A stretch of 64,000 nt of DNA from Massalongia carnosa. Lineage: Eukaryota. The position numbers were made by a program, and so were the translations under genes. Each line of letters opens with the position of its first letter. Within the stretch, counting starts at the first letter, position 1. The stretch is from assembly GCA_965645245.1 (NCBI GenBank), contig OZ287071.1:2790001-2854000 (forward strand), written 5' to 3'. Of the stretch, positions 1-11,885 are shown one piece after another. The notes below the pieces were generated by a model that saw only the letters and a list, made by a program, of their open reading frames with translations, was not told where the DNA came from and ran no database searches.

Positions 1-500
1 AGTGAAAAAAGACGATTGATGCCGGAATGGTTGAAAATTCGAGGGGCTGGAAAAGACGCTCAGAAGAAGGCACGAGAATTTCTGACAAATGCATGAAATT
101 CTTCCGAGTTAAAAGACTCAACAGAGTACCTTTCTGCTGAATAGAAGATGAAATTGTGGCGCTGCATAGACGCAGAAGGCAGGAATAATTTTAGAGGATA
201 GAAACAATTCCTCTTGAGCACATGCCTCCCCCTTTGTTTTGTTGGAACTGTGACTGCAACAGGCGGAATAGTAGCACTGGGTAATTGATATGACTAGTTC
301 GACAAATGAGTTCTTGCACATGCAAAACAAACTGGGAGAAACGATTGACTTTCTACCACTACGTAGGGTAAAACTGCTCCTATTTATGCCCGTCTACCAG
401 CGATTCCAGAAGCTTCCATTTCCATCTCATCGGTTCCTTCTTCCGATGCGCTTTCTGACTTCATACAAATTTGCCACCGCCCCAAGCCTTTCCTTGCAGA

Positions 501-595
501 TTGCCTCAGTACCTCAGACGTGCGTGGCTCTATGAGCCGGCTAAGCCCCTCCGGGTTAGCCTATTTTCGCTAAGCCCCTTCGGGTTAGCGTCGCT
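501..595 (+). repeat. Left TIR of the Academ-like element
   Basis: TTGCCTCAGTACCTCAGACGTGCG...GTTAGCGTCGCT is the reverse complement of 12290-12384 with one mismatch seen. Weaker inverted similarity extends to ~686 / ~12227. Confidence 0.9.
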
Positions 596-1601
596 AATTC
601 CCTTCGGGTTAGCGGCCCTTTAGCTGACTACGCATGCTACGGGCGGCACATCTGAGCGCAAAACTCTGTATTTTTGTCAGATCCGGCTTATTTTGGTGCG
701 CGCTCATACAAATTTTTGGCTTAACCTCAAAAATCATCAAGAATCAAGTTGACGGCGGAATCAACTACGCGCAACGACATTTCATAAATTATGTAATAAT
801 AGAAATGATGCTTTGATATACATTCTATCGATTAATCAATATTTTAATTACATATCGATGCAAAATTGAGTCGCAATATCGATCTCGCGACGAGGACTCG
901 ACTTTGACTCGAAATTTCGACACCACCACAGCAGACTCAACGGGTCACTAGCTCCAGTTTTTCATTGTCGGCGCTTCTGATCATTAATCTGATCCTCCGA
1001 GCGTTGTTTTCGAAAGCCTAAAATCGTTGAATGTGATGAACTTGCTTGATATGCGTTTTGCGGGCTAAGAATCCAACTCGCGAATCGTCGAATATCGCTC
1101 GCGAACACATCGAAATGGACGATCCTATAGCGTCGATAACTCGCGAGCAGGTGAGGACCGTGATTTTAAGTAAATTCGGCTTTTATCCAAAGAATGAGTA
1201 AGTTGACGCTATCATGACTTTAGCACAAGATCAAAAGGATCTGATATTTATCGCCAAGACTGGATTTGGAAAGAGTATTATCTTTCAAGCTGTGACGAGG
1301 CGGCAACGGGGGGGCCTATTCAGGTGGTGAAGGTGGTGGCATTGCTAGCTATGACTATACTAGATAGACAAGACGAACACAAGGAAGAAAGCATCAATTG
1401 CTGCAGAGATTTTCCATGTAACTCCCGGAACCCATTTCCTTACCTGAATACGGTTAGCTCCCCACTAAGGCTAACGCGATACCTAAAACATTTAGCGTGT
1501 CGGGAGGTATCGCTTAGCAGAGCATCTCGCGCTCACACCATGACAGTAGCTCCCCCTTCAAGGCCTGCTTCCACGCAGGCTTTATAGCTTCAGGGTGTGA
1601 G

Positions 1602-4600
1602 CTATCGTGGCTTGGCTGGGTATCGTTGATGAAATTCTGCTACCCTTTCCTTGGCGTTAGTAACATACTCAGCATACTCCCAGGTGGGGTCGTTCCAGCC
1701 CGTCCATTGCACCAGGTACTTTAGGCGGTTTCGAAATTTCTTGGAGTCTAGAATTTCTTCAACCTCGTATTCTTCTTCGCCTTCGACTTCAATAGGTGGT
1801 GCGGGAGGGGGGATGTGATCGGGATGAGGGTGTTGCGGCACGGGCGAGAGAAGGGATACGTGGAACACAGGATGAATTTTCATGCCGGGGGGCAGCTCGA
1901 GTTGATACGCGTATTTGCTTACCACCTTAGATATCTTGAATGGACCCAGATTTTTCCAGTCAAGCTTTCGAGCAGGTCTTTGAGTACGGATGTTCTTAGT
2001 ACTCAACCATACTTCGTCTCCTGCTTGGTAACTTGGTGCTGGTACACGATGTTCATTGGCTCCAGTCTCGTACCTGGCTTGCGCGAACTTCATCTCTTCC
2101 TGTAGCACGGACGAGATATCTTGCATCTTCTTGGCGAACTCCCCTGCGTTTAGACTGGCTGGGGATCGAGAGGGCTCAATCGATTCGAATCCCATTCTCG
2201 GATGAAATCCCATCTCGGCCAGGAATGGGCTGCACCCAGTCGTCTCGGACACTACATTGTTCCCTGTGAATTCTGCCATGGGTAACCAACTTGCCCAATC
2301 GTCTTGAAGATAGTCCGTGTAGCTTCGAAGGTATTGTTCCATGGAGGCGTTTACTCGCTCGGTTTGACCGTCCGTTTCTGGATGGAAGGCCGTTGATAAC
2401 AGGCTCTTGATACCCAGTAGTTGACAGAGCTTTTTCCAAAATTCCGATACAAAGAGCACTCCACGATCCGATACTACGGTGCTCGGCAACCCGTGTAGTT
2501 TCCAAATATCTCGAAGAAAGAGTTCAGCCAGTTCCTGAGCATTGATCGTGGTGAGGCATGGAGAGAAGTGCCGTCGTTTCGATAGACGATCGACCACCAC
2601 TAATATGGCGTCGAACCCACTACTTTCTGGAAGCCCAGTCACGAAGTCCATCGAAATATCTTGCCAGCGGCGCTCCGGGACGGGTAACGGTTTCAAGACT
2701 CCCATTTTTCCTTGACGAGAGGGCTTGCTTCTTGCACAAACTTGACAATGTTGCACGTACCTTGCTACGAACTGATAGAATCGTGGCCAGTAATAGTGAC
2801 GTTGCAGAAGATCAAAGGTCTTGGCTCGACCGGGATGACCGGCTACAGGGCTATCGTGAACGGACTTGCAAAGTCTCATCTTCAGGGCGTGTGAGTCCGG
2901 AACGTATATCTTTCCTCGATAGTGCAGTCGGCCATCCATCTCTGTGCACTCTGCCAGCGAGATTTCCTTGGAGTGTCTAGCACCTGATCGTAATAATTCC
3001 AGAATTCTCATCGGAAAGAGGTCCTTTTCCAATGCTTCTTGCCATAATTCTTCCAAGGTCTTGATTTCATCCTGATCTGAGGCGATTTCCAGAGGTTCAC
3101 TTTGTTCCGAGGCTTCAACATTTTCTTCGAGAGGTTCATCTGCTAATCCGTTCGCTAGAAGTTCAAGATTTCGAGGTTTCAAGACCACTTGATGTTGAAT
3201 TTTTATCCGTGGATCATCCTCCCCCTTCGGTAGGTCTTGAGACCTTCTAGTCAGGGCGTCGGGTTTTCCACCGCTTTTCCCTGGGCGGTACATGATCTGG
3301 AAATCGAAGCGGGAGAGATACTCGGACCAGCGTGCTTGACGACGACTGAGCTGTTTCGTTGTCATGAAGTATTCGAGATTCTTATGATCAGAAATGACTT
3401 GAATAGGAAAGGCGGCTCCTTCGAGCTCGGATCTCCATTCCTCGAAAGCTCGAATGATGGCCATGAGTTCCTTGTCATAGATCTCGTAATTGATTTCCGC
3501 GGGGGCGTGTTTTTTCGAGAAGAAGGCTACAGGGCGTAGAACTCCCTCGTCATCGTACTGTGAGAGTACACCCCCCACTACCCAGTCGGAAGCGTCAACT
3601 TCTACCACGATTTTCTTTTCAGGATCGAAATGCATCAGAATGAGATCGCTAACAAATGCGTTTTTTAGCCTTTGAAACGCGGCCTCACACTCGGAGTTCC
3701 AAGAGAACACGGTCCCCTTTTTCGTCAGTTTGATCAGGGGCGAGGCAATGGCTGAGAAACCCTTGACGAAGCGTCTATAGAAATTTGCGAAGCCCACGAA
3801 AGCTTGAATATCCTTAATGTTCTTGGGTGTTATCCAGTCCTTGATCGTCTGAACTTTTCGTGGGTCCATCTTGATTCCTTTGTCCGAAATGATAAGTCCC
3901 AGGTAAGTGGTTTCCGTGACGAAGAATTCACACTTTTCTATGTCCAGTTGCAGACCTGCGGACCTCAGAGCTTCAAGAACTTTTCTTACGTGAATCTTGT
4001 GTTCCTTCTTTGATTTACTGTATACAAGAATGTCGTCGATATAGGCGGTGCAAAAGGCATCTAAATATTCTCGAAGAACGTCGTTGATATAGTGCTGAAA
4101 GGAGCCGGGCCCCCCTGAAAGTCCGAAAGGCAATACTTCATATTCGAAGAGACCGTACCTGGTCTTGAAAGCGGTCATCCATTCTTGCCCGCTCTGCATT
4201 CGTAGCTTGTTGAAAGCCGCGATGATGTCAAACTTAGAGAAAATCATGGCCTTGGCAAGACGATCTAGTGTTTCTTGAATCAGTGGTATTGGATAGCGAT
4301 TCTTGATCGTGATCGCGTTCAGAGCTCGATAGTCTACACAGAAACGCAGTCCTCCCGACGGTTTTCGGGCGAATAACACGGGCGAGGAGCAGGGCGAGGA
4401 GCTGGCACGAATAAATCCTTTGGCTAGGTTTTCTTTCAAGTATTTCTGCAAGACTAGTAGTTCAGGAGCTGACATCTTGTACAGCGGGCCTGACGAGGGT
4501 ATGGCTCCTTCCTTGAGAACGATTTTATGATCGTAGGAGCGGTGCGGGGGTAGTTTATCGGCTTCTTGCTTGGAGAAGACGTCTAGAAGATCGTGAAATT

Positions 4601-5546
4601 CCACGGGCACTATACTGGCGGGATCGATGATTTTCTTGGGCTTCAAGGACTTGGCGATATCTTCGAGGGACGAGGCGGAGAGATTGACTTTCTCTCTCGG
4701 ATTTCTGAGTTGTTCAAGGGCTTTGTCAATTTCATACATGGAAGCGGTGAAGATTTCGTTCTTCCGGTCCTTCATCAGGGTCGAGAATGGAGCGGCTCCA
4801 ACCATGTAAATGCTCATAGGTGAGGGATCGGGAGATTCCGTGCAGACCGTCATTGGTCGTGCGTTCGAGATCGGTGGCTCAAGAAGTGTTCGGGATTCAG
4901 GACTTGAAGGAGCGTTTAATACACTGACTTCGAGAGTTCTAGGAGTCGAGCGAGAGACCTTGTTCTCACTGACTTTCAGGGTTTCAGGAGTTTTCATACA
5001 AGAGACCTCGTTCTTGCGTGATTCGACGGTTTTCAAGGACAGGGACGAAGCGGACTCAGGAGTCCCTTCAGATGGATCAGGAAGGCCAGAAATGACAAGA
5101 GGGACGTGTTTATTCTCTAAACACTCCTGGAAACAGTACGTGGACGAGAAGGTCAGGGTATTTTCAGTCCAGCTGACGGAGGGGTCATGAATTTGAAGCC
5201 ACTTGACTCCCAGGACGACAGGATAATGACCCAGTTGGGTAACTAAGAACGAGCCTTGCTCGGAATGACGGTTTATTCGCATCCTTGACTTGATCAGATG
5301 AGTAAGTTTTCCGGCCGCCGCGGGGCGACCATCGACTACTTCGAGGATACGAGGACGGACAAGAGGGGTGAAAGGCAGGGAATTGTTTCGCGCGAAGGAT
5401 GAATCAATGAATGCGTAGCCCGAGGCACCGCAATCAATCAAAGCATGGGTGTGTATAACTCGATTTTCCACAGAGAGTGCTATAGATATGACACAATGTC
5501 TACCGTCTAACGAATCTTCTGAGAGAGAAAAGGCTGAAATCGACAC
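1602..5546 (-). CDS. pol: Gypsy Pol (protease, RT, RNase H, integrase, chromodomain), probably expressed by frameshift from gag
   Basis: LIDCGAS, YIDD, VDASD..NYEIYDKEL, GHPG..C..C, DFVT..SDRG..GQTE, HPVFHVSLL, YEVEEILD..YLVQWTGW. Confidence 0.97.
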   Translation of the reverse strand: MSISAFSLSEDSLDGRHCVISIALSVENRVIHTHALIDCGASGYAFIDSSFARNNSLPFTPLVRPRILEVVDGRPAAAGKLTHLIKSRMRINRHSEQGSFLVTQLGHYPVVLGVKWLQIHDPSVSWTENTLTFSSTYCFQECLENKHVPLVISGLPDPSEGTPESASSLSLKTVESRKNEVSCMKTPETLKVSENKVSRSTPRTLEVSVLNAPSSPESRTLLEPPISNARPMTVCTESPDPSPMSIYMVGAAPFSTLMKDRKNEIFTASMYEIDKALEQLRNPREKVNLSASSLEDIAKSLKPKKIIDPASIVPVEFHDLLDVFSKQEADKLPPHRSYDHKIVLKEGAIPSSGPLYKMSAPELLVLQKYLKENLAKGFIRASSSPCSSPVLFARKPSGGLRFCVDYRALNAITIKNRYPIPLIQETLDRLAKAMIFSKFDIIAAFNKLRMQSGQEWMTAFKTRYGLFEYEVLPFGLSGGPGSFQHYINDVLREYLDAFCTAYIDDILVYSKSKKEHKIHVRKVLEALRSAGLQLDIEKCEFFVTETTYLGLIISDKGIKMDPRKVQTIKDWITPKNIKDIQAFVGFANFYRRFVKGFSAIASPLIKLTKKGTVFSWNSECEAAFQRLKNAFVSDLILMHFDPEKKIVVEVDASDWVVGGVLSQYDDEGVLRPVAFFSKKHAPAEINYEIYDKELMAIIRAFEEWRSELEGAAFPIQVISDHKNLEYFMTTKQLSRRQARWSEYLSRFDFQIMYRPGKSGGKPDALTRRSQDLPKGEDDPRIKIQHQVVLKPRNLELLANGLADEPLEENVEASEQSEPLEIASDQDEIKTLEELWQEALEKDLFPMRILELLRSGARHSKEISLAECTEMDGRLHYRGKIYVPDSHALKMRLCKSVHDSPVAGHPGRAKTFDLLQRHYYWPRFYQFVARYVQHCQVCARSKPSRQGKMGVLKPLPVPERRWQDISMDFVTGLPESSGFDAILVVVDRLSKRRHFSPCLTTINAQELAELFLRDIWKLHGLPSTVVSDRGVLFVSEFWKKLCQLLGIKSLLSTAFHPETDGQTERVNASMEQYLRSYTDYLQDDWASWLPMAEFTGNNVVSETTGCSPFLAEMGFHPRMGFESIEPSRSPASLNAGEFAKKMQDISSVLQEEMKFAQARYETGANEHRVPAPSYQAGDEVWLSTKNIRTQRPARKLDWKNLGPFKISKVVSKYAYQLELPPGMKIHPVFHVSLLSPVPQHPHPDHIPPPAPPIEVEGEEEYEVEEILDSKKFRNRLKYLVQWTGWNDPTWEYAEYVTNAKERVAEFHQRYPAKPR

Positions 5547-5578
5547 AGGGACCCCTTCTGAACGTCTTCGGGGGCGAC

Positions 5579-6862
5579 TTAGCCCGAAGACGACGCGTTT
5601 TCCGAGACCTCAGCTAGAGAGGACTCGTTCAGCCGAGAGGTTCGCGGCTTGGTTTCTCCCTTTCGAGGGCAGACGGCCGCAAAATGTCCTGACCCCCCAC
5701 AGTAGCGGCACAACCCTTCGTTCATCCGACGGGTGACTTCTGCTTGAGGTAACTTACCTCTGTGTGTGGCGGAGAGGTCCATTGGCTCGGCGGCCGGAAG
5801 GGGAGACGGGGAGGCGGCGGAAGAAGAGACGGATCGGGGGAGGGCGACTCCTCCCGACAGGGGGTTATGAGGGGGGGTCCCCACACCAGAAGAAGGTGGG
5901 GCGGACCGGGGGGGGTATGGCTTCCGGAGGGAAGCATTGACATTCCGTTGGCGGGTGTCTAGCCGTTGGAGGAGGGTCACCAGTTCGTCGAGGTCCTCGG
6001 GAGTGATTTGGGTAACCATGAGCTGCTTCAGCTCGTCACTGATGCCTTCCAGCAGAGCTGAGCGCATTGCCTCCTCGTCGAAATTGGTATCCGGGGCAAT
6101 ACGCTGGAAGTCCGAGAGGTAGACATGGAATTCCTTATTGGCCTGGCGCAGGGACCGCAGTTCCCGCTGTGCCGTGGCCTTTTTGTCCGGGTCCCCAAAG
6201 GCCCTCTCCAACATAGCCAATAACCCTGCCACATCGGGGATACTCACTTCGTTGTGAGACTTGACGTAGGGTTGCACTTGCGCCATGGCACGACCCTCTA
6301 AGCGGCTGATGGCGTACAGAAGGCCGGCTTTGGGATTCGTGAAACGGTCTTGATTCACAAAGAGCTTCAGGTTAAGCTGGGTGACCCACTCGCGCAACTC
6401 GTCCTTCTTGCCCGAGAACTTCGGGATGTCCGGCAATTTCTCTGAGCGCGCCTCGCGCTGGGCGGTGGGTTGATGATGATGGTCACTGATCTGCTGACGG
6501 AGGCTGGCGATGGTGGCTCGAGAGGCGATGTTCTCGTTATTGGAGGTCTGCAACTGGCTACGGATATTATTATGCTCAGCTTCCAGAAAGTCATACTGAT
6601 TTGATTTTTCCGTTAGAAAGCCCTGAAGGGTCGCTGATCGGTTGGCGGACTGAATGGCCTGATGATACCATTCATGAGGGAATTTTTGGACCGATTGACT
6701 CCAGGCCTCAATAGATGCAACATGAGGGGCGAGAGAATCCTCGTCATCGAAGCTTGGGGGGGAAAGGCCAGGACTTGATTCGGAACGGGGCGTGGCTATC
6801 TTGGACGAGGAACTGGAAGCCATACTAAAGAGGTGAATGAGAAACGAGGAACGGAGCACCAC
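5579..6862 (-). CDS. gag: Gypsy Gag
   Basis: PKFSGKKDELREW retrotransposon-gag motif and CRYCGGSGHFAAVC zinc knuckle. The likely ATG is at ~6823. Confidence 0.93.
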   Translation of the reverse strand: MVLRSSFLIHLFSMASSSSSKIATPRSESSPGLSPPSFDDEDSLAPHVASIEAWSQSVQKFPHEWYHQAIQSANRSATLQGFLTEKSNQYDFLEAEHNNIRSQLQTSNNENIASRATIASLRQQISDHHHQPTAQREARSEKLPDIPKFSGKKDELREWVTQLNLKLFVNQDRFTNPKAGLLYAISRLEGRAMAQVQPYVKSHNEVSIPDVAGLLAMLERAFGDPDKKATAQRELRSLRQANKEFHVYLSDFQRIAPDTNFDEEAMRSALLEGISDELKQLMVTQITPEDLDELVTLLQRLDTRQRNVNASLRKPYPPRSAPPSSGVGTPPHNPLSGGVALPRSVSSSAASPSPLPAAEPMDLSATHRGKLPQAEVTRRMNEGLCRYCGGSGHFAAVCPRKGETKPRTSRLNESSLAEVSENASSSG

Positions 6863-9206
6863 CTGAACACGGGTGAGGTGTTCGTAATGTGACGAGGCGG
6901 CAACGGGGGGGCCTATTCAGGTGGTGAAGGTGGTGGCATTGCTAGCTATGACTATACTAGATAGACAAGACGAACACAAGGAAGAAAGCATCAATTGCTG
7001 CAGAGATTTTCCATGTAACTCCCGGAACCCATTTCCTTACCTGAATGCGGTTAGCTCCCCACTAAGGCTAACGCGATACCTAAAACATTTAGCGTGTCGG
7101 GAGGTATCGCTTAGCAGAGCATCTCGCGCTCACACCATGACACAAGCTATGCCATTAATGTTCTCTTGTCTTAAGATCGCTTTAATTATCATGCCTCTCA
7201 AGACCTTAGAAGCTCAACAGTGCAAGAAATTGAGCGTTATCGAGGGATGCAAGCCTTTCGTGTTGGACGGTGATAGTAATAATTCTTCTAATTTAAAGTT
7301 AATTCGTGAAAACAATTATACGCATGGTGTGTATTCAAATTATGATTGAGATAAATATAAAAACTTACTCGTTAATATGAATAGTTTTTACTAGCCCAGA
7401 GATAGCGACGTCAAAGCTGTTTAATCAGGAGGTTCTGAGGCATCCAAGTTTCTTCTTGAATTTATGTCTTTTAGCTCTTGATGAGATGCATCTTGTATCC
7501 GAATGGCGAGATTTCCGGCCCGAATACTTCAATCTCGGTGTGCTTCGTACACGATTACCAGATGGTATTCCTTTTCTGGGTGCGTCTGCAACGCTGGATC
7601 CAAGAACCCTAGAGAGCGTTAAAGATCGCTGTGGCTTTGATAACGAAAGTACTGTTATTCAAACAGCGCTTGATCGTCCAGAGATATACATACAGACAAG
7701 CAGTCTACAGCGGCCTATGAACAGCATGATCGATCTTCAACATCTTTTACCAACACGGGCTGAGAGTCCTTTTGATATTCCGAAAACGATTATCTTCATG
7801 GATTCAATTTCATCTATCAAAAAGGCGTGTGCGCTAATGAAAGTATGGATGAATCAATTGTCCTATCCAATTGAGGCTGCTAGTTGGGTCGCGCCTTTCT
7901 TTTCCGACATGGCCACCCAAGACAAAGAAAGGATTGCGGCTCGCTTCGAAATGCCCTCGAATCAATGTAAATTTCCTCGAATCCTGATCGCAACGGATGC
8001 ATACGGGCTTGGTATTGATAATCCAGACGTTATGAGAGTTACGCAATGGCTGCTACCCTCGTCAATGGCGAAGCTATACCAACGTTTAGGTCGTGCTTTG
8101 CGTTGCGGTCGAGGACAGGCGCATTTTACTCTTTTGCATCCTTCTTGGTGCATGGGTCCAAGAAGCGGATCAAAAATGGACGAACAGGACGGATATGACG
8201 CGGGAATCGAGATTGAATCCAAGGCCAGTAAACGCCGCATCAATCAAAAGGATGCTGATCGGCGACGAGATATGCCACCGGGTCTTTGGGAGATAATCAA
8301 TGTGCCTTCAGATGGTTGCGTTCGAGGTATTGGCTTGAATTTCTTCAATGATAAAGTGTATCCAACGTCGGCCTATGTTAAGCCGCAACCTTGCTGTTCA
8401 ATTTGCGATCCAAGTTTTCAGACATCAACAGCCGCCAATGAGATGTTAAATAGAACGGCCGAGCGTGACTCGTCTAGGCGGCCTTGGTTCACCCTTAAAC
8501 TTCGAGAATGGAGGGAGGCCAAGGCGCAGGAAAAGTTCCCAAATTCACATATGCGATACTTCCCATCATTGATAATGCCCGATGAGGTACTGAATTCTTT
8601 GACCACTTGGGCGGATCAGATTGTGGACGAGCCCACCATGCGGCGATGGATTGGTAACACATGGACTGGTATTAGGCCCTACGGCGCCGAGCTTTTAGAA
8701 ATTTTAAAGCGGGGTCAAGCAATGAGATTAGACGAGGGAGACATGTTCGAGGAATGGAAACGACACAACGACATAAAGAGAAAACGATTACCCAGCCTAA
8801 CATGCAACTCCGCCAGTATTGAATTTGAGGAACGGAGGAAAAACTGGATGATCAAACAAGGATATATGTCGAGAAAGGTTTTTAAAAAGCGAAATGCGGT
8901 CAAGAAGAAAGTCTCGAAGGAAAGCGAGAGCACGGAGCCATCGGGCGAGAATCCTGCGCCTAATCACAATATCTCCGATGCGGCGCTCGTTGTTGACAAT
9001 GTTGATGCTCTTAAATCATCGATGAAGGCATCAAAGACCAAAAAAGCGCCTCGAGATCCTATGGAAGCGTTGTCGCTGAATGTACCCATGGCCCTTCCTC
9101 CGACACGATCTAGACAAGAAAGAAAGTGCCCCGTCCGCTACCTCTGACTCTGTAAAGCCGCGCGGCGCGGATTTACATGACTAGGCTATCTCGTGGTATC
9201 GATGAT

Positions 9207-11885
9207 TTAATCAAAAAACATACCGCCGGATATCTCGAGACGGGCCATTGAAATGACAGGGCTGTCGGGGACCTGCTTTGTTTCATTGACAAAATCGGGC
9301 TCGGCTTCATACTTACCCTCAAGGTCGTCTGTTGAAATTTCTTTTGAAATTTCTTCGGAAAGATACTGCTGATTGTATTTTAATACATTTTCTCCAAGTT
9401 TCTTCAATCCCTCAACATAAAGATTAGCTGTTGGATTAGTTGAAAATCGATCATAGCTTCTTTTACAGAGTGATTTATGCGCTAGTGCCGTAGCCATGCC
9501 CCACACATCCTCTGCGGCCGATTTTGCTGGATGCCTTGAAGAGTTGACTCTTCCAAAGTAAAACTCAACGATTTCTTTGAGCTTCATAAGATATGGACCG
9601 TTGAGTGCCCAGTTCTCGAGCAAGGTGTCACTATACTTTGAAAAATAAGATCGCTCGTGCTGGAACGTCTTGAGGTTATTGTTTAGTATCTCTAAAAGCC
9701 GATCAGTCTCAAAACTCGACTCTTCGTCACCGCGTAAATTGACAAGACTATTCATTAAAATACTTTCCTGTAGCCTTATGGTCGCTGCGGAAGAATCAAT
9801 CGCATGAAGGGTGTATAGAAGAGCTTGCGCATATTTCGGGGTGCCAGCTACGCTTGCCTGAAAGATCACCGTTGCGTGGCGCAATGCGTGACGAAGTAGT
9901 CCAATATCCGCATATTTGATTGCGTATCGAAGTGTTAGATACGATTCAACGTGATCACAGAAGTTCTGATGATTCTGAAATTGTTGATCAAGCGTTGGAG
10001 GAAGCATATCTATTGACGTTGAGGGTAATTCCGCGTGAAGTTTGCGAGATATCCTGCCCAACATATTCATCCAGGTGCCATCCTGCCCGCAAGTCTGCGC
10101 TGTGAGCCACGAAATAGTTGCTTTGATTCGCTGCGGAGCATATCCATCCTTTCGTAAAAACCTAATCCACGTCCCAACGATTCTAGCTTGATAGCTCTGA
10201 ATGATCAGATCCTCTAAGGCCTGGAAATCGTTCGGCTGCACGACACGAGCGCGGCCCCACCGATCGGCGGCATATTGAAGAGTCGAAGGATCAACCGGCT
10301 GGGCCTCTCCCCAATGTATTTTATGAATAAGCTGCAGCATGTTAAAGCGAAGATGCCATAACCCTAATCCCGGTAAAATCCAGTCGAACCGATCGAAAGA
10401 TTACTCCGATATCCCACGACGTAATTCCTTAACAGATTGCATTCTCGACCATGTCTTGAGGTCACCATAGATAAGCCGAATGACGCTCGCAAACGTCGAG
10501 TCATCCTCCTTGAACTTGAACTGTCGCACAAATATATCCTCCAATATTTGAATATTATTAGATGTTGTGCTCTCATCCTTCATGACTGGTTTGATAGGAA
10601 TGTAATTGGTCTTGTATTTTTTCATCTTATTCAGCACGGGCATTGCAGTCGACCAAGGAAGTTGAACGTCGCCGATCTCTGGGCCATAAAGCGCTCGAAT
10701 CGCTGACTCTAGATGATGAAGACGAATCTAGGTACGCGGTGCATTAGCGATTGAGCGCGGTATATACACCTCGTCCTGTATTGAACTCACCTGCATCTCG
10801 AGATCACCAGTCTCCAGCTTTCGCGCAATTCTTTCAGCTGATAAAAGATGCGTGGCGGGGCGCCACATATCCTGCCTCAAAGCGCCGGCATCGAATCCTT
10901 GCCCCTGGAAAATTAGAGCGGTAGTGATTGATCTGACGTCTCTATTATCCCCCGTGCGCTCTCCTCGTTTACCTTCTGCGAAGTCAAAGTTATCGTATGT
11001 CAAGATCATGTTTGAGCCTTGTCCTAGCATCTGAACCTTTCGTTCGGCCTCCTTAATCAAGGACAACATGCGCCGCTGCAGGGTAGTATATGACATCGTC
11101 AGGTCAAAATGACAGAGTGTATCTAGAACTCGCCGCCTCGCCCCACCTTGATAAATATAAAGGCCTAAGAGGGACTGAATATTGGTCGCCTTATTTGGTC
11201 GCAATTTGTGACAAAGCATTGCCAATATAACGGTGTGCCGGCCGCTGGGAGAATCCAACGTCACATCGAGAGGTTCCTGCGGGCGAGCCTCGCGACAAAC
11301 ACTATCAATTAGCTCAAGCCATCGTGGCGCCAACTGCTTGGCGGCAGATGCAGCAAGTTTAATAGCCTCCAAGGTCCCAAACTCGACTGTCGCAGAGGGC
11401 GGCTGGAAAGGGCCAAAGGCTGCGTGATCTGCCAAAGCTTTGATTTCTTCACGAAGCACATCCGCGGCCCAAACCCATCCTCTCTCGCGAAGGATAGTGG
11501 ATATTCTACCAGGCCCAATGAGGCTTGAAAAGTCTTCTTGCCGCACAATATCGACATAGACAAAATCGAAGAGCTGGCCTTGCGCCTTTCGCATACTATG
11601 ACGGGCTCGATTCATACAAAGTGTTGATAAAAAATCTTTTACCGACCAATTTAGAGAGCTCAGAAATTTAAGCACCTCAACCAGCTTGTCGTAATCTGAT
11701 ATGCGCCGGCGGTGGCGTTTCGCGCCTCCATTTTTTTCAGGTAAGGCAGGAGGGGAGGAGGAAGAGGGTGAGCTATCATTACTGCCTGACGGCGATGGGT
11801 GGGGCCGCTTGAGCGCACCGGCGGGAGTCAAGGGACTTGTCCGTAGGTCGGTAAGTGGCGAGGAGGGGCCCCCGACAAGAGCCAT
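9207..11885 (-). pseudogene. Academ-type (DUF6589-like) transposase with one intron and one nonsense codon
   Basis: Exon 1 11885-10791, intron 10790-10728 (GTGAGT...GCTAAT...TAG), exon 2 10727-9207 with an in-frame TAA at 10401-10403. Motifs TYDNFD, DEST..NIQILE, YGDLKT, GLWH, AIKYADIG, KYA, ETDRLLE. Confidence 0.8.

Larger units (their letters stand above)
1291..7142 (-). mobile_element. Full-length Ty3/gypsy chromovirus LTR retrotransposon
   Basis: 255-bp LTRs 1291-1545 and 6888-7142 (TG...CA, one mismatch seen). TSD CAAGC (1286-1290, 7143-7147). PPT next to the 3' LTR. Open gag and pol. Confidence 0.97.
1115..9147 (+). pseudogene. RecQ-like superfamily 2 helicase, disrupted by the gypsy insertion and one nonsense codon
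   Basis: ATG at 1115; TAA at 1199-1201; Walker A AKTGFGKS before the insertion; frame resumes after 7142; intron 7327-7384. Motifs DEMH, WRDFRPEY, SATL, ATDAYGLGID, QRLGRALR, a C..CCSIC Zn module and an HRDC-like C-terminus (LREWR...PSLIMPDEVL). Confidence 0.9.

Noticed and set aside
118..535. Duplicated small ORFs (also 25174-25549) as a gene family
   Set aside because: They lie in the duplicated LTR, and indels between the copies break the frames
1815..6594. Many short antisense or alternate-frame ORFs here and in other TEs
   Set aside because: Shadows of gag, pol and transposase frames without independent motifs
6921..7349. 142-aa ORF and its twin at 1324-1587
   Set aside because: Translated LTR; only the part after 7142 is real helicase exon
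7456..9147. Host SGS1/RecQ, telomere-linked helicase or Helitron helicase
   Set aside because: Enclosed by TIRs with a transposase partner; no telomeric repeats seen; Helitrons use Pif1-type SF1 helicases fused to Rep
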